Of a DNA stretch of 64,000 nucleotides, positions 1 through 14,178 are shown in pieces. The notes under the pieces are model-generated. The model had not been told where the DNA came from and ran no database searches. It was given only the letters and a program-made list of their open reading frames with translations. The stretch lies in assembly GCA_965113315.1 (NCBI GenBank), contig OZ220363.1. One strand, given 5' to 3'. Position 1 is the first letter of the stretch. Each line of letters begins with the position of its first letter. Position numbers and translations under genes: made by a program. This DNA is from Podarcis vaucheri (taxonomy: Eukaryota).

Positions 1-2657
1 ATCAGACATGTCTAGCTGCTAAAAACTCCATCTAGCACTCATCTGGCATTTACGAACTCCATCGAGTCCAATGTTTCCAGTCTGATTAACGATTCCTTTA
101 ACAGGTACTGAAATGTACTCCAAAGGGGCTTCTGCTGCTGTTATTACAATTTGAACTTCCTAAATTCAGGCAATTAAACAGAGATATTTAACATTTCCTT
201 GGTAGATACTGCCTTGACCCTCATCCACTTGGGAAAGAGGTCTGTCACTATCTATTTTCAGGAGTAACATGGCAAGCAAGGGAATTTTCTTTGTTGCAAA
301 CAGGCCATTGTAGAAGCTATCAAAGCAGATACAAATTGTTTAGTTAAAAGCATTAAGCGAGAGGCAGTGCATATTTGGAGCATGTCTTGGCATGCAATAT
401 CGCCTTTAAAAAGAAATCACCTAACAGAACCCTAAGGAAATGCTATGTAATCTGACTAAGAGGAGGTCTTAGCAATCATCCCGAGACTGTCTCTGTGTAT
501 AGCATCAATGAGTGAAACTTAATTCTCTATTTCTTGCCTATTTTGCTGATTACTCAAGTGTGGATTACTATTTTATCAGAAGAAAGTTGAAGTATGTGAG
601 TGCGGGTGATGAGGATAATTAAACTCCCGCAGTTACAAACCCAGGAGACATAAAAGTAATCTCTCAGCTCAGTGTCCCATCCTACGCTGATGCTGCTAGA
701 TTTAACACCTGGGTGAGTGCTGAGGGTGCCTTTCAGTTAGTCTGGATCTTCAGCTCCTTATCATCTTGGGTCTTCCAGAAAGAAGCATTTCTAAACATAT
801 TAATAAAAAGTGTATGGATAATACAAGCATTGTGTTGGAATACCACAGTTAGGATGTCACAGAAATTCTTTGTGTAAAGTCTCATGCACAGCATTCATTT
901 AAAGCACACTGCTTCCTCCCAAAAATCATGGGAGCTATAGTTTAAGGGTGATGGGGATTGTAGCACCATGGTACATAAAACTACAGCTGCCATATTTCTT
1001 TGAGGGAAGCCATGTGCTTCAAATTTGCTGAAAGTGAAAGGTGAAGCACAAGGCCTCCAGTTAACCCAAATAAAGTTGAAGCAGGGTTGGGATTTCTTAA
1101 TTATAATACTTTTTGTTATGCACATGGAGTTACAAAATACGTCCACATTGGAGCAGTTATGAAGGGTGCTCACATGTAAAAATACCATTTCCCACTTTAA
1201 TATATTTGGGAGAAATGGTCATTTCTTTCTTGGCCTCAAATTACTCAAACTTTGATAGGAAAGGCCACAATTGATATGCAAAAGTCCTCTCCATAAGTGA
1301 TGTGATACACACATGCATTTTTCATTCAGTATCTGAGTACTTGAATATGTAACGATTTCATAAGAAATAATCATTATGCTCTCATTATGCAGGCAAAAAG
1401 TGAAGAAGAACGTACTATTCATGCTGATTATTAGAAATTGTTTCAGAGATAATTTTTGCCTTGCTTTGAGAGTAGAAGTCAGAGAAGAAGAAAAATCTCC
1501 TTAAGGAAGGCCTGTACTTACTTAATGGTCATATAAATAGGATAATGGGGTCTTTTGTCAGCAGAGAGGACACTTCAATTATTGGGATACTCTTAATACA
1601 GAAGCTCTACTGTACATAACTAAGCTAATATTTTCAGGAGGAAAGAGGTGAAGTCACTGATTGTCATTAAAGAGCAGAGGTTCTCATATACTTGGGAAAC
1701 TTTTATGTCCCTGCTCAGAAAAGTATCAGATAACAGAACTGAAAGGGCTCAACAGAATGATATTTCATCCCTTTGAGAGACTTTGAGGATCATATGCTTG
1801 GCTAAGCAATTCTGAATTTTCTTTATCTGAGTCTCCTAAGCTTTTAGGTCACTGGCCAACAGCGCAACAAAAGATTTTACTGCCTTCACGCTTGCAGTAA
1901 CCGAGCATTATCACTTCATTACCTGGTCCAGTAGCTGAGACGCAACTGCAGAGGACAGCAGCAGCCAATTTTAAAAATCATAAATCATTCTACTAAGAAA
2001 CAAAGGTAAAAACAGAAAAGGGAATAATAGACAAACATAATATAGATAGCTTGATATTTCCCTCTTTTCAGTAGAGAAGGAAGCAGAACCAAAGGCTTGT
2101 CTTTCAAATTCACCTTGCCAGACAGGACAACTAAAAGTGGTGAAATAGCACAAATGCAGATTTAACACTTTGTGCCGAGTCAGGGGTACAGTGACCTAAA
2201 ACCTATCCAGTTTTATTCACTAGGACTAAAATGTTTTAATACTTTCATTAAAACACATCATTAAAATTGAATGCACTAGGGCTGCATTCATAACAGACAT
2301 TTAAAACACATTTTCCCCACACAAAGAATCTTAGGAACCAGAGTTTGTTATGGGTGCTGGGAACTGTAGCTCTGTGGAGTGGGCTAAAACACAGTTCCCA
2401 GGTTTCTTTGGGGGGTGTGTGTTTTTAATATGCTTTAAATGTGTGGTGTGTATGCAGCCTTGAATTCTGTTTGCCTTCCATGTTCATTTCTAAAAACCAG
2501 TCCTTTTCAAATGATTGGGATCTGCCTTTTACATCCTACTGGGCATTCCCAAGTCATTGGGTGTATCTGAAATAGCTCATTGGGTCATGGCCACAGATGG
2601 CTGGTTTACAGAATGCAAAAGTAAAGTAGGCTATATTACTATGGACTACAGGTAGAG

Positions 2658-3012
2658 ACGCGGGTGACGCTGTGGGGAAAACCTCAGCGCCTAGGGCTTG
2701 CCGATCGCATGGTTGGCGGTTCGAATCCCCGCGGCGGGGTGAGCTCCCGTCTTTCGGTCCCAGCTCCTGCCCACCTAGCAGTTCGAAAGCACCCCTAAGT
2801 GCAAGTAGATAAATAGGTACCGCTTTATAGCGGGAAGGTAAATGGAGTTTCCGTGTGCTGCGCTGGTGCCGGCTCGCCAGAGCAGCACACGGAAACGCTG
2901 GCCACGTGACCCGGAAGTGTCCTCGGACAGCGCTGGCCCCCAGCCTCTTAAGTGAGATGGGCACACAACCTTAGAGTCGGACACTACTGGCCCGTACGGG
3001 CAGGGGTACCTT
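2658..3012 (+). mobile_element. Sauria SINE, near full length
   Basis: tRNA-like head (acgcgggtgacgctgtggg...ggttcgaatccc), central gcaagtagataaataggtacc, 3' ggggtaccttt; TSD tacaggtagag at 2647-2657 and 3013-3023. Confidence 0.9.
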
Positions 3013-3854
3013 TACAGGTAGAGGACGCTTTTTTTGAAATAATCCCTGCAAGCAATACCCCAGCACACCAGTCTTCCTGTGCTACTTTTCTACTTGAACA
3101 AAATTGGACTTGGGGGATGCAATTACATTTTTAAGTTAGAGGACTTGAATAGCTGTGAGGCTTGCTGTTCAACTGTCCATTGACTTTTATTTGCATTCTT
3201 GTGTTAGAATTAATTGTCTTTTGTACTGTTAGGAGAGATAAAAGGTGTTCAATAGCTTTTTAAAAAACTGGGGGAGCGTTTGTGAAGAAAATCAAAGCTG
3301 AAACATGACTGGAGTTGATAAGAAGTAAATGTTTTTGTTGCCATGTTAAATAGCTGTGAATGTGCTATAAAGATATAGGATTTGGTTTGACCTCACCGAC
3401 TTCTGCATCTGGCTATAGAAAAATAGGCCCTGGCAGCTTTCTAATGGGGTAATGGGTCATCAGCCCACCAAAGATTCCCCACCAGATCGTAAATGAACAA
3501 TAATTCAGCAGATCAGCATTCTGTCCCATTATCCAAAAATAAACATCAACGTTCAGTCAATTTCTTAGCTTCATCAGTGGCCAACGACTAGGAAAGTTTT
3601 CTGCCAGTGTCTGTTCAGCAACGCATACCACAACCACTTCAAAACATAGCTGGTTATATTTTAAGCCTGTCTGACTCCAGGCAAAAGGGGATGAATTGAA
3701 TAGTCTTATTCCATTCATAGAGGAATATTTGATCTAGGAGAAGATTCCACTAATGGAAGAGTAGGCAATTTCTGAGGATAACCCCTGCACCCTTGAATAT
3801 TTGCTGCAGAGGGTTGCACGACATGGGCGATTTAGCATTTAGTACTCCAGTCCT

Positions 3855-4286
3855 CCCAGTGATGTATGGAAGTGAGAGCTGGACCATAAAGAAGGCTGAT
3901 CACCAAAGAATTGATGCTTTTGAATTATAGTGCTGGATGAGACTCTTGAGAGTCCTATAGATTACAAGAAGATCAAACCTATCCATTCTTAAGCAAATCA
4001 GCCCTGAGTGCTCACTGGAAGGACAGATCGTGAAGCTGAGGCTCCAATACTTTGGCTACCTCATAAGAAGAGAAGACTCCCTGGAAAAGACCCTGATGTT
4101 GGGAAAGATGGAGGGCACAAGGAGAAGAGGATGACAGAGGATGAGATGGTTGGACAGTGTTTTTGAAGCTACCAGCATGAGTTTGACCAAACTGCGGGAG
4201 GCAGTGGAAGACAGAAGTGCCTGGTGTGCTCTGGTCCATGGGGTCACGAAGAGTCGGACACAACTAAACGACTAAACAACAACAAC
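3855..4286 (+). mobile_element. Bov-B (RTE) LINE, 5'-truncated 3' end
   Basis: Degenerate RT C-terminus (KLRLQYFGYLIRREDSLEKTLMLGKMEG), tail ggggtcacgaagagtcggacacaactaaacgactaa(caa)n; TSD actccagtcct at 3844-3854 and 4287-4297. Confidence 0.92.
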
Positions 4287-5086
4287 ACTCCAGTCCTTCA
4301 CTGAAGTAAATACTCTTTCACAACCAGAATGGCTCCTCCTGTTCAAAAAACTGGCACCATTGGATACAACCTTTTGTTTCCTTGCTTCTGACCTGAAAAT
4401 GTCCTCTGTGTACTGCTATCCATCAGATGTGCTTTGATAATAATAAGAGTTTTGAGATCAAAGGTACTCAATATTTCCTTAAAAGTGAGATTAACATCTA
4501 CGTGAGATTTAAGGTGGTTCAAAGCACTTTACTGATGGTGTTTAGAATTCACAGAAAGAGAATGCATTATTAGCTTAAATTCAACTGTCACTGAGAATTT
4601 TTCTTTACGCTTTTGATACTACCCATTTGGATTCATTTCCCCAGACAGCCCATTTTGTTGCCAAAATGACCCATTATTCAGAATTGTCATTCCCACAGTC
4701 TGCGCTGGTGCCTGACCCTAAAGCCTCAACGTTGCATGAGGGAAAAACACATGCCTGCTTGTTAAAGAAAACAAAAAGTCGTTTCATTTTGCTGTTACAT
4801 CTCACCAACACCTGAAGCTCTTCATGGCATTTCAAAATTCAAGCTAAGTGGTTGAAGAAGAAATAGAAGGAGGAGGAGGAGGGGGAGGAGGGGGAGAAAC
4901 CTTGAAAGGTCTCAAGAATCTTTTTATGTTGGTGGTATATTTGTAAATTGCATTGTGACATAAAAGCCTATTTATTGATTAAATAATAACAACAATAGCA
5001 ACATACTATAAAATATCTAAAGTGGTGTACATAATGCTGCTGTGCTTATATTATGAGGATAACAACTTATTTCAGATAGGGCCAGC

Positions 5087-5278
5087 CTGCCCATGAGGAG
5101 AACTAAGGCAGTAGAATCCCATGAAGGCACCCTGCCTGACCTTGCCACCATCCCCATTGGAGAAGTGAGGAGAAGCTGGTGCATGATCCAGGTAAGCAAG
5201 ACTTTGGCAGAGAGGTGGTGGAAGGGGACAACACCTTCCCGTTTTACCTCAGGCAGTGAAATGGGATGGGCCATCCCT
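5087..5278. mobile_element. Degenerate non-autonomous DNA element (Harbinger-like MITE)
   Basis: Ends agggccagcc...ggccatccct, internal gaggagaactaaggca / cctcaggcag; family uncertain. Confidence 0.35.
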
Positions 5279-5534
5279 GATTTCAGAGGTTGCCAACCTA
5301 GTGCCCATGGGCACAATGACACCCATGAAGGCTTCCAGTGGTTCTCCAGGGTAGGTACTCCAGACTCTGAGCTTTCATTTAATACATAAAGAGTCCCTAT
5401 CCCCCCCCCCGAAAGAAAGTTAGGTGGCAAAATCATTCTAAGTGATTTATGTGAAATAAATGGTGCAGCTACCTTGCATCTTTTTTCTGGGGGGGGGGGA
5501 AAGCTCTGTTTTGTTATTATCCAACAATTGTAAG

Positions 5535-5555
5535 TGTGTGTGTGTGTGTGTGTGA

Positions 5556-5606
<51 letters not shown>
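5535..5606. repeat. Compound (GT)n(GA)n microsatellite
   Basis: Direct reading. Confidence 0.95.
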
Positions 5607-5610
<4 letters not shown>

Positions 5611-6929
5611 CCATAATTAGGACCAGCAGGACAAGGCTGACTTCCCATGTAAAACATAAAGTTCTCAGCAGTGGTTATCTATTCTTGTGTTACACTATAC
5701 TCTCCATGGCAGCCATTTTGGTTTATGCCACACCCGCTCCATAGCAGCCTTTATGTGACCCCCTAACACTCTCTCAGTTTCTGCATCTGAAATGCACCCT
5801 CTAGTCCATAAAGATTGGTGACCCTAGCCTTATTTTTAAAGAAAGAAAGAAAGAAATACACTGCTTTGAAATTTCATAGTGGTTTCCAAATTAAAAACAC
5901 ATACAAGAGTACCAATTGCATGATACAACAACAACAAGGCAGAAACTCAAACGATTTAGGGTATAAAGAGATGCAATAACGGCCAGTAAACAAAGCAAAG
6001 CATACAACACAGCAATGGTTGGTTTTCAAGAGGACTTTTTTTAAGTCAACTTTGAAAGGGTAGCAGGGAAGAGGCAGCACAATCTTTCTTGCAGAGGGCT
6101 CCTGCTCCTGGTGGATGCTCATCTAGCATCCCCCTAAAATAGGATCTGTAGCAGGACCTTGTCAGATTATCTTAAGTGGCAAGATGACAAAAGCCTCATA
6201 TGGGAGGAGGCATTCCCTGAGATTGTCATATACATTGGAAGCATGTTTTTTCACAGAAAAAGCTGGAACCATTCCAAGCCTATGAACCTATTCTTTTTAT
6301 AGCTGCATATGCAGATGGTGAGATTTCCGCCATAAGATAATAGGAAGCTATTGGGTTTGAATTCTTGCTAGAACTTTAAATTTGGTTGGCCACTGTTAGA
6401 ATGGGATGCTGGGCTAGGAAAGGGCACAGTCAAGGGATACGTTTAGAAAATTATGATCCTATACACATTAGCCTAGGAGTAAATCCCATTGAACTCAATG
6501 GGACTTGGTGAGCTCCACTGAAAATGGGACTTACTTATCAGTGGACATGCAGAGGATTACACCATTAGGCAATCTGTGTATGAGATAGAACCTGAAACTC
6601 AGGAGGCAATTAACCATGGACCTGAAAATCCATTTTCAAGAAGTTTTTCTCAGAATCTTATCTTTTATATGACATGTAGTACCTATGATTATAAACCTTC
6701 TTCCCCCCTTCTATTCCCTCCATCTTGTGTAGCTTCCTCTAACAATTCTGAGTCCACTTAAATCAGGATGTCTGAAGCTTTCAAACATGCCTTTCAATAA
6801 CTCTTAGCTTTGCCCCAGCCTTCAAGCACATCTTTTGAAGAAGCAAATTGTGTGCATGACTTGCCAGATGCAAGATAAGAGCCTTTTGCTTGGTAGAGCA
6901 AGCAGTACCTGTCAACAGCAACAATTTCA

Positions 6930-7262
<333 letters not shown>

Positions 7263-7494
7263 TTATTCCAATGTCCTTCATTGTCAAATACTAAATGACA
7301 AAAAGAGGACAAGATTTAGAAGGACGCTTTTATGGTGTATTTTTTTTTGCAGTTTTTCTGTAAAGCAACTTTATGCTCAGAAAGAAGTTTGGCTAATCAT
7401 CAGTATGCCTGATAGGACAGGATGAATCTTAAAATGAAATTAAGAACCAGACTGGCAGTGACAAGCAATACTGGAGAATGTTTGGAGTGAAGTT

Positions 7495-7629
7495 CATTTA
7501 GAAGACATCTGAAGGCAGCCCTGTTTAGGGAAGTTTTTAATATGTGACATTTTAATGTATTTTTAATCTTTGTTGGAAGCTCCCAAGAGTGGCTGGGGAA
7601 ACCCAGCCAGCCGCACTGGGTACAAATAA

Positions 7630-7672
<43 letters not shown>
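7495..7672 (+). mobile_element. L2-type LINE 3' end with (TTA)n tail
   Basis: ctgaaggcagccctgtttagggaagttttt...gagtggctggggaaacccagccag...ggggtacaaataaa(tta)n, typical squamate L2 tail. Confidence 0.7.
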
Positions 7673-7673
<1 letters not shown>

Positions 7674-8064
7674 CCCACAAGAGAATTCTAAATTTGCTGG
7701 TCATTGCTGTACCCAAACCTTTGATGCAGTGTCTCCTTTCTCCATCCCTAACTGTTTAATAAGGTTTCAAAAACCCAATTAAACATTAGTCCTGATCCCC
7801 AAATTGACCCAGGGCTGGATCTGGGGCTAGATGGCACAGAGCCTCATCCAGTGGTGTTTGTTTGCAGGGGTAGGGAGGTCTTTGCACAGCTCTACTTCTG
7901 GGTAGAATTGAGAATTCCAGTTCTGCAGCATCCATGATGAAACCTCGAACCAAGTGGTCTTCATGCTGGTTTAATTAATTCAGAACATTTCCCCCCCCCC
8001 CACTGGCTTCATCAGCTGTGGCTCTGCCCATTGCCGGCAACCCTGACAGAAAAAAGGGAAAGTG

Positions 8065-8242
8065 TATGGTTCAGTAGAAGATTATGTGCTTTACAAGCAG
8101 AAGGTCCCAGGTTCATTCTCTGCCATCTCCTGGTACAGCTAGGAGAGACTCCCCGGAGGAAACCTTCAGCAGCTGCTTCCAGTCAATGTAGACAATGTTG
8201 AACTAGAGAGATGGGCCGATTTGGTACCAGGCAGTTCCCTAC
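8065..8242 (+). mobile_element. Old tRNA-derived SINE (squamate AnolisSINE2-like)
   Basis: cagaaggtcccaggttca...gccatctcc...agctgcttccagtcaatgtagacaat...gcagttccta; related decayed copies at ~37725-37893 (+) and ~10622-11170 (-, interrupted). Confidence 0.55.
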
Positions 8243-10664
8243 AATGCTTTAGTGGGGGATGAAATTCCATCCAGCACAAGGTAAACGCTGCTACCTGGAC
8301 AGGCAAGCCACCTTCTTGTTTGGTCTGAACTTCAATTTACTGACCCTCAAGCAGTAAATGACCAAGCTTTAAGCTGGTTCAGTAATTCCACTGCATCACC
8401 TGTATCAGATTTAAAAGGTAAACAGAGCTGAGTGACATATTGATGACACCTCATCACAAATCAGCTCATTGTCTTCATGTATTAAAGAGTGGGGGTGGGA
8501 AAGATGGGATCCTGTGGCACACCACAGCAGAGAAGCCAAAACAGAGCTAAGCAGTAGTCCCCCAGCATCAACTTTTGGAAGTTTTCATCCAGTGGAAATA
8601 GCTTTCCAAGATGAATACCATGGCTGATAGTAGCAGAAGCTGCTGAGAGGCTTGGGGGGTGATACAGCCTCACCCCAAACACCCACACCCACATATTTCT
8701 TTTGGCATAGGTCAGAGGTCCTGTCTTTTGTTCTTATGTTCAGTGCCCAAGTCTGAAACTCATTTGAAATGCATATGGTAAGGTCATATTTGAGGAAGAA
8801 GGCAACAAAACCTCATTTCAAGTACCTCTGCACTATGATAGTCATGTGTAATTTTAAGGCCCATATTAAATATAGTACTGGCAGAAGGAATTCTATTTAA
8901 AGACTAGCTCTTTAGCTGGGGCTCATTATTTCTTGCTTCAGACACTTTGCAACCTCTGCTCTTTCTTCCTGAGGGGTTTTTTTTAAATTATTTTTAAAAA
9001 GTCTCTTGCTCAGGGATCCCTTTCTGTGGATTTTTTTAAAACAAAAAACCAAAAAACCAGGGCAATCAATATCAATTACACTGCAGCTTATTGGAAAAAA
9101 ACAGTTTCCTTAGTGATCAGTAATATTTTTAATTACCAGACTAATTGTTTTAGTTCCCTTAGCTAGGTCTTTAATCCCTTAAGTGTGCTAAGATAAGGTT
9201 TCATTAGTCTAGTAGTTGCTGGGGTGAAGCAATGGAGATATTAAAGCTAAGGAACAAACCTATTTTCTTTTTCTGAATTGGTCTTTAGTTATAAATTGGC
9301 CTGATGCATATTGGGATCAAACTGATTTGTATTATGCTTGGAACTTAACTCAAAGAAATTCATGGGAGAAATTCTACGGACTGCAATAAGGATGGGTGCA
9401 TTTCCATGTCACTTCCATATGTGTTCACTCTTGTCTGTTCCTTTCCCATTTCTGCATTAATATTTAAATATATAATATGATGGAAAATCATAATTTAAAT
9501 AAGCATTTCTAAACATATTTCTCCCATAGAGTGTATGCAAAATATATTGTGATACATTCTTTGAATGAAGAACTGTGTTTGAAATTTTTTGAAGCATGAA
9601 AGTACATTGATAGCAGACCAAGTCAGTTCAAATTAGATTTTTCCAAGCACCCATGAAACAGAATAAATCAAAGTATATCACCATTGCAAAGTTGCACATG
9701 GTCAAGTTCCAACAAATCAATGGAGCTTCACTATGACCCAGTTCACATGTAATACCAAATGATGGTTTTATGTTGCATGAGTGAGAGTCATGTATTCAAG
9801 CCAAACTTGTCAAATGTTCTAACTCAAGGGCAAAAAAAAAAAAAAAAAAAAAAGTTAGCTAAAGGGGGTGGAGAGGCAGAGAGAAAGAGAAAGGTGAAGA
9901 GAGTGTGAGCTGGAGAGCTGTATAATCCTCCTAAAATGGTACACATTTCTGTTCCAAGGCAGGGATCCATCTTGGCACAGAATGATGCAATTCACACCTT
10001 TGCTGTGTTGCATTTGGTTGCTCATGTCTGCCAAGCCTCTTGGACTAATGAGATTCCTCTGTATCTGTAGGCTGCTTGCTGTCCTCTTTCTCTGCCCCTT
10101 TTCCTAGCAGTTTAGATAAGTCTGCTGCTCCTTCTGCTGTGCTTTTGCTAAGTAGGTTTTGTGAGGAGTCACGTTAAGCAAGCATGATGTTCCTTGGATG
10201 CTTTGATGCTGTAGCCAAATGCTGATGTTGCTTGATGTTGTGAAGGGAGAGCGGGGGGCGGACTTTCAATCCACACTTTTGGCTCCTTTCCTCTTTAAAG
10301 GATTTGTTCCCGGTTCACTTTTAATTCAAGAGCAGATGGCTTACCAGTGGCAAATTACAGGTGCTTGGCTGACCTTGGCTGTCATCCTGTGCACATTGTG
10401 AGGATGGCAACCCCCACACTCTAACACTGCAGCAAGGAAGGGAGCTGTTCCTATCTTCTAGCAGTAATTAATAACTGAACTGCATCCTACCAGATGTGGT
10501 ATTTAGGAGATTTTAACCCCCCCCCTCTTTCAATGTGGCTTGGAGACAGTGCAAGAGTTGCTATTCTTGTGTGCGATTAGCTTTCTTGGCACAAACTTTC
10601 TGGATAGGAGAATAGAAAACTGTCTTATACTGAGTGAATCTATTGGTTCATCTAGCTCAGTAGC

Positions 10665-10912
10665 AGAAGAAGAAGAGTTTGGATTTGATATCCCGCTTTA
10701 TCACTACCTGAAGGAGTCTCAAAGCGGCTAATTCTCCTTTCCCTTCCTCCCCCACAACAAACACTCTGTGAGGTGAGTGTGGCTGAGAGACTTCAGAGAA
10801 GTGTGACTGGCCCAAGGTCACCCAGCAGCTGCATGTGGAGGAGCGGGGAAGCGAACCCAGTTCCCCAGATTACAAGTCTACCGCTCTTAATCACTACACC
10901 ACACTGGCTCTC
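10665..10912 (-). mobile_element. Squam3-like tRNA/CORE SINE with (CTT)n tail
   Basis: Minus strand gagagccagtgtggtgtagtgattaagagcggtagac...gggttcgcttcccc...gggtgaccttgggccagtcac...aaagcgggatatcaaatccaaactcttcttcttct. Confidence 0.8.
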
Positions 10913-10981
10913 TGTTTGCATTGACTGTTTGCATTGACTGGCATCAGCTTTCTCTGGTTACAGGCAGTGGACACTCTAGGG

Positions 10982-11117
10982 CAGGCATCTCCAAACTCAG
11001 CCCTCCAGATGTTTTGGGACTACAACTCCCATCATTCCTAGCTAACAGGACCAGTGGTCAGGGATGATGGGAATTGTAGTCCCAAAATATCTGGAGGGCC
11101 GAGTTTGGGGATGCCCA
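10982..11117. mobile_element. Palindromic hAT MITE
   Basis: caggcatctccaaact...agtttggggatgccca; long internal arms ccctccagatgttttgggactacaactcccatcat / atgatgggaattgtagtcccaaaatatctggaggg; TSD ctctaggg/atctaggg. Confidence 0.85.
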
Positions 11118-11338
11118 ATCTAGGGTCTTCTGCATGGAAAGCAGCTGTTCTACCACAGAGCTACAGCCCATCCTCTAATTTCATGTGTGCACTCCTGCAG
11201 TAATGGAGTAAGTAAATCATTGTTTGATAAAATAGCATCCCTGCTATCACTAAAAAAGCCAGGTTGGATTGGAAAGCTCATCTCCCTGCATCATTTATCT
11301 TAGGACAGCATACGCTACACAAAAAAAGTCTGACGCAC

Positions 11339-11523
11339 CTCATAATCAATGTTCAAGTCATCCGAATCTCCCTTGGTTCGGAAATGCTGCATATACTTGT
11401 CCACCGTGAAGTTCACCTGCTTATTGAATCGCTCAATGAGGACCGAGTGCCAGTGTTGGTCATCCAGGAGGCTGCCCAAGGTGACGGACGTGTGACTGTT
11501 GCTGAAACGCAGCTTGGCATCTC
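11339..11523 (-). CDS. CNTNAP5: CNTNAP5 coding exon (human exon 6 equivalent), laminin-G domain 1
   Basis: cccctgcag|GAGATGCC...TATGAG|gtgcgt; 185 bp, phase 1 to 0; (G)[61 protein letters not shown]. Confidence 0.96.
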
Positions 11524-11897
11524 CTGCAGGGGCAGCGAAAAGACACAAATTGCAACTGACCCATCGATTCTAAGTCTGGTACCATGCTTCCAAAATGATT
11601 AGCAGCTAATACGTTTTGACTGGTGTATGTACGCAGCCTTGACTTGGCCACCACCCCATGCAGAGAAGCAGCAGCAATACCGTTATCAAGAGCACAAGAT
11701 AATATCACCAAGGCAACTATCGGTAAACAGACAATAAACATCTATAAAAATGGCAAAAGTAGTTTCTTTCCAAAATAGGTTTTATCTTAAACAATTGCAA
11801 ATGCAGTAATAAAGAGTCCCCTTGTGATATACCCCATCTTTGTTCTAAAATAGTGTTCAGGGCACCTTACAAAAATTCCACTCATGCCTACAATATG

Positions 11898-11900
<3 letters not shown>

Positions 11901-11933
<33 letters not shown>
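11901..11933. repeat. (AC)n microsatellite
   Basis: Direct reading; another (AC)n at ~12499-12535. Confidence 0.95.
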
Positions 11934-11937
<4 letters not shown>

Positions 11938-12495
11938 GAACCTAAAACTGTATTTTAAGAAGTAGCCGATAATCAACAGAACCATTACAGAAGGATTAAA
12001 ATGATCATGTAGTGCAGAAATCATGGGTGACTAGACTGGTTGGGTCCCCATGACTTCCTGGAAAAGTGTGCCATTTTCTCTCACATGGTAGGACCCTACA
12101 AGCAGATTAGCACAGGGGAATAAGTCCTTTGGGTATTCCAGCCCCAAATCATGTACAGTTTTATAGGCCAATCTAGAGCTTTTATTGTGGTGACAAACAT
12201 ACTGGCAGCCAGTAGAGATCTTGAAGAACCAGCAAAATATGATTACTGTGGTCAGTCCCCATCAATAAATTGACCATGTATATTGGCTCAGTTGTGACAA
12301 GCCAATCAGCATTCTATTTTGTACTCCCTCACCATCACTGTTATATGCTTTACCTTGCTTCCATATTCCTGACACATAAGAGCAAAAAAGCAGAATGACC
12401 TGGTGCTGCCGCAGGACTAAGGAATGGGAAACAAACCCTAATTCACACTTTTTGAACCAATATGTGTTGTGAAATATTCAACACGTTTTGCATCA

Positions 12496-12536
<41 letters not shown>

Positions 12537-13352
12537 CTGATAGAGAAATTACAAAACTTAGCATTGTATTCAATGTGGCTGTATGGTTGGGGTATGTATG
12601 TGCAGTCCCTGGGCACTTTTCTTCCAAATAAATATTGGTGGCTCTTGACTTCAAAATGTTTGTCCATTCCTTCAGTCCTAATGCATAGAACTTCAGCCTA
12701 AATGGCCTCCCTCTCTTTGTAAAATCAATGGGATATTCTGAACTCTCTCATGAAAAGCAGAGTGACTAATAGTGTCAAAGAACTCTGTTTAAAACTTCCT
12801 TTCAACAACGGATATTTTACAATTGTAATGCACTAATCTCCTTTAGGTATAGGAATAATAGGCATCATTTCCAATGAAAAAAAATAAGAAAGAAAGAGAT
12901 TAGCTGAGGACAAAGCATGTTAATGGGTTTATGTAACAAGGGGAAAGCTCTCAAAAGTTGTCACAAACATAATTAATCAGAAAAGGGAAGATGAGAAAAG
13001 GCTTAAAAAAACTAATTCTCCTTTTAATGCTTTAGCTCAGTCTCTTAAGATGAAAATAAAATCTGCTTAAATATAGCACTTATCAACTGATCATAGAATC
13101 AGATGTCACCTCATTTTAACCTAGACTAGGGTTGCAATCCTACACATACTAGCTGTGAGTCAGTCACTCTGAATGGGATGTGTTAGATTGCATCTAAAGG
13201 TTCAAATCTTATATACACAACTGGAGTAAGCCACACTGAACATAGTGGGACTCACTTCTGATTTATACTATACACAAGTATAGACCAGGGTGGGCATAGG
13301 GTAGACTGTGGTCCATTGATGAACCATTAACCAATTTCTGGTAGACTACATA

Positions 13353-13519
13353 CCATATTTACGCAAATTCAGTGCACCATTGAATCTAATGCACACCTCA
13401 ATTTTCAAAACCTTGAAACCAAAAAAGTATTTTCTGGCACCATCAAATCTAATACGCACCCTAATTTTCAAGATATAATTTGGCCAAAAAAGGAATGCAT
13501 TACATTTGAGTAAATACGG
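13353..13519. mobile_element. Tc1/mariner-superfamily (Tc2/pogo-like) MITE
   Basis: TA|ccatatttacgc...gagtaaatacgg|TA terminal inverted repeats with TA TSD. Confidence 0.7.
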
Positions 13520-13729
13520 TAGTTGTTAAGTTTATTGCAAATAATGCTAGTTGAGGTGGCAAAACAATTAATGTTCTCAAACTAGAGACCATTTTCAGGA
13601 TACTTAAATGGAGTTGGCCTGTTAAGTGTAAAATCCCCTCTTTAAAGATTTAATAAACTTTGGTAACTATTGGGATTCTATTTCTTTTAAGTGCCCACTA
13701 TGAACTTTATTGAATTTAAGAGTGTTCTA

Positions 13730-13865
13730 CAGGCATCCCCAACCTTAGGCCCTCCAGATGTTTTGGCCTACAACTCCCATGATCCCTAGCTAACGGGACC
13801 AGTGCTCAGGGATGATGGGTATTGTAGTCCAAAACATCTGGAGGGCCTAAGGTTGGGGATGCCTG
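13730..13865. mobile_element. Palindromic hAT MITE (same family as 10982-11117)
   Basis: caggcatccccaaccttaggccctccagatgtttt...aaaacatctggagggcctaaggttggggatgcctg near-perfect palindrome. Confidence 0.88.
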
Positions 13866-14178
13866 GTTTACCATCTTTGCAAATCTTCACACTAGGGTAA
13901 GGATGAGGGTGAGGTGTACAACTATTTGCAGATAAATCTGACCTGGTTCTCTGTGATGGAATAGGTGCTAATTCGTACAGGGATTATCTTCTCTCAAATC
14001 AAAGCATTGTTGCAATTTTGCTATTACTACTGTTGAAAATGCCAGTTTTTTATGTTTTTGCTTTGTCTGTTGTTTCTTTTGCTTAACATGAAATTTCACA
14101 GAAAACTATTAGACTCTTTCTTAAGTGAAACATCTGAACAATTTCCAGACTCAAGACCTCCGACAGAACTTCCCAATA

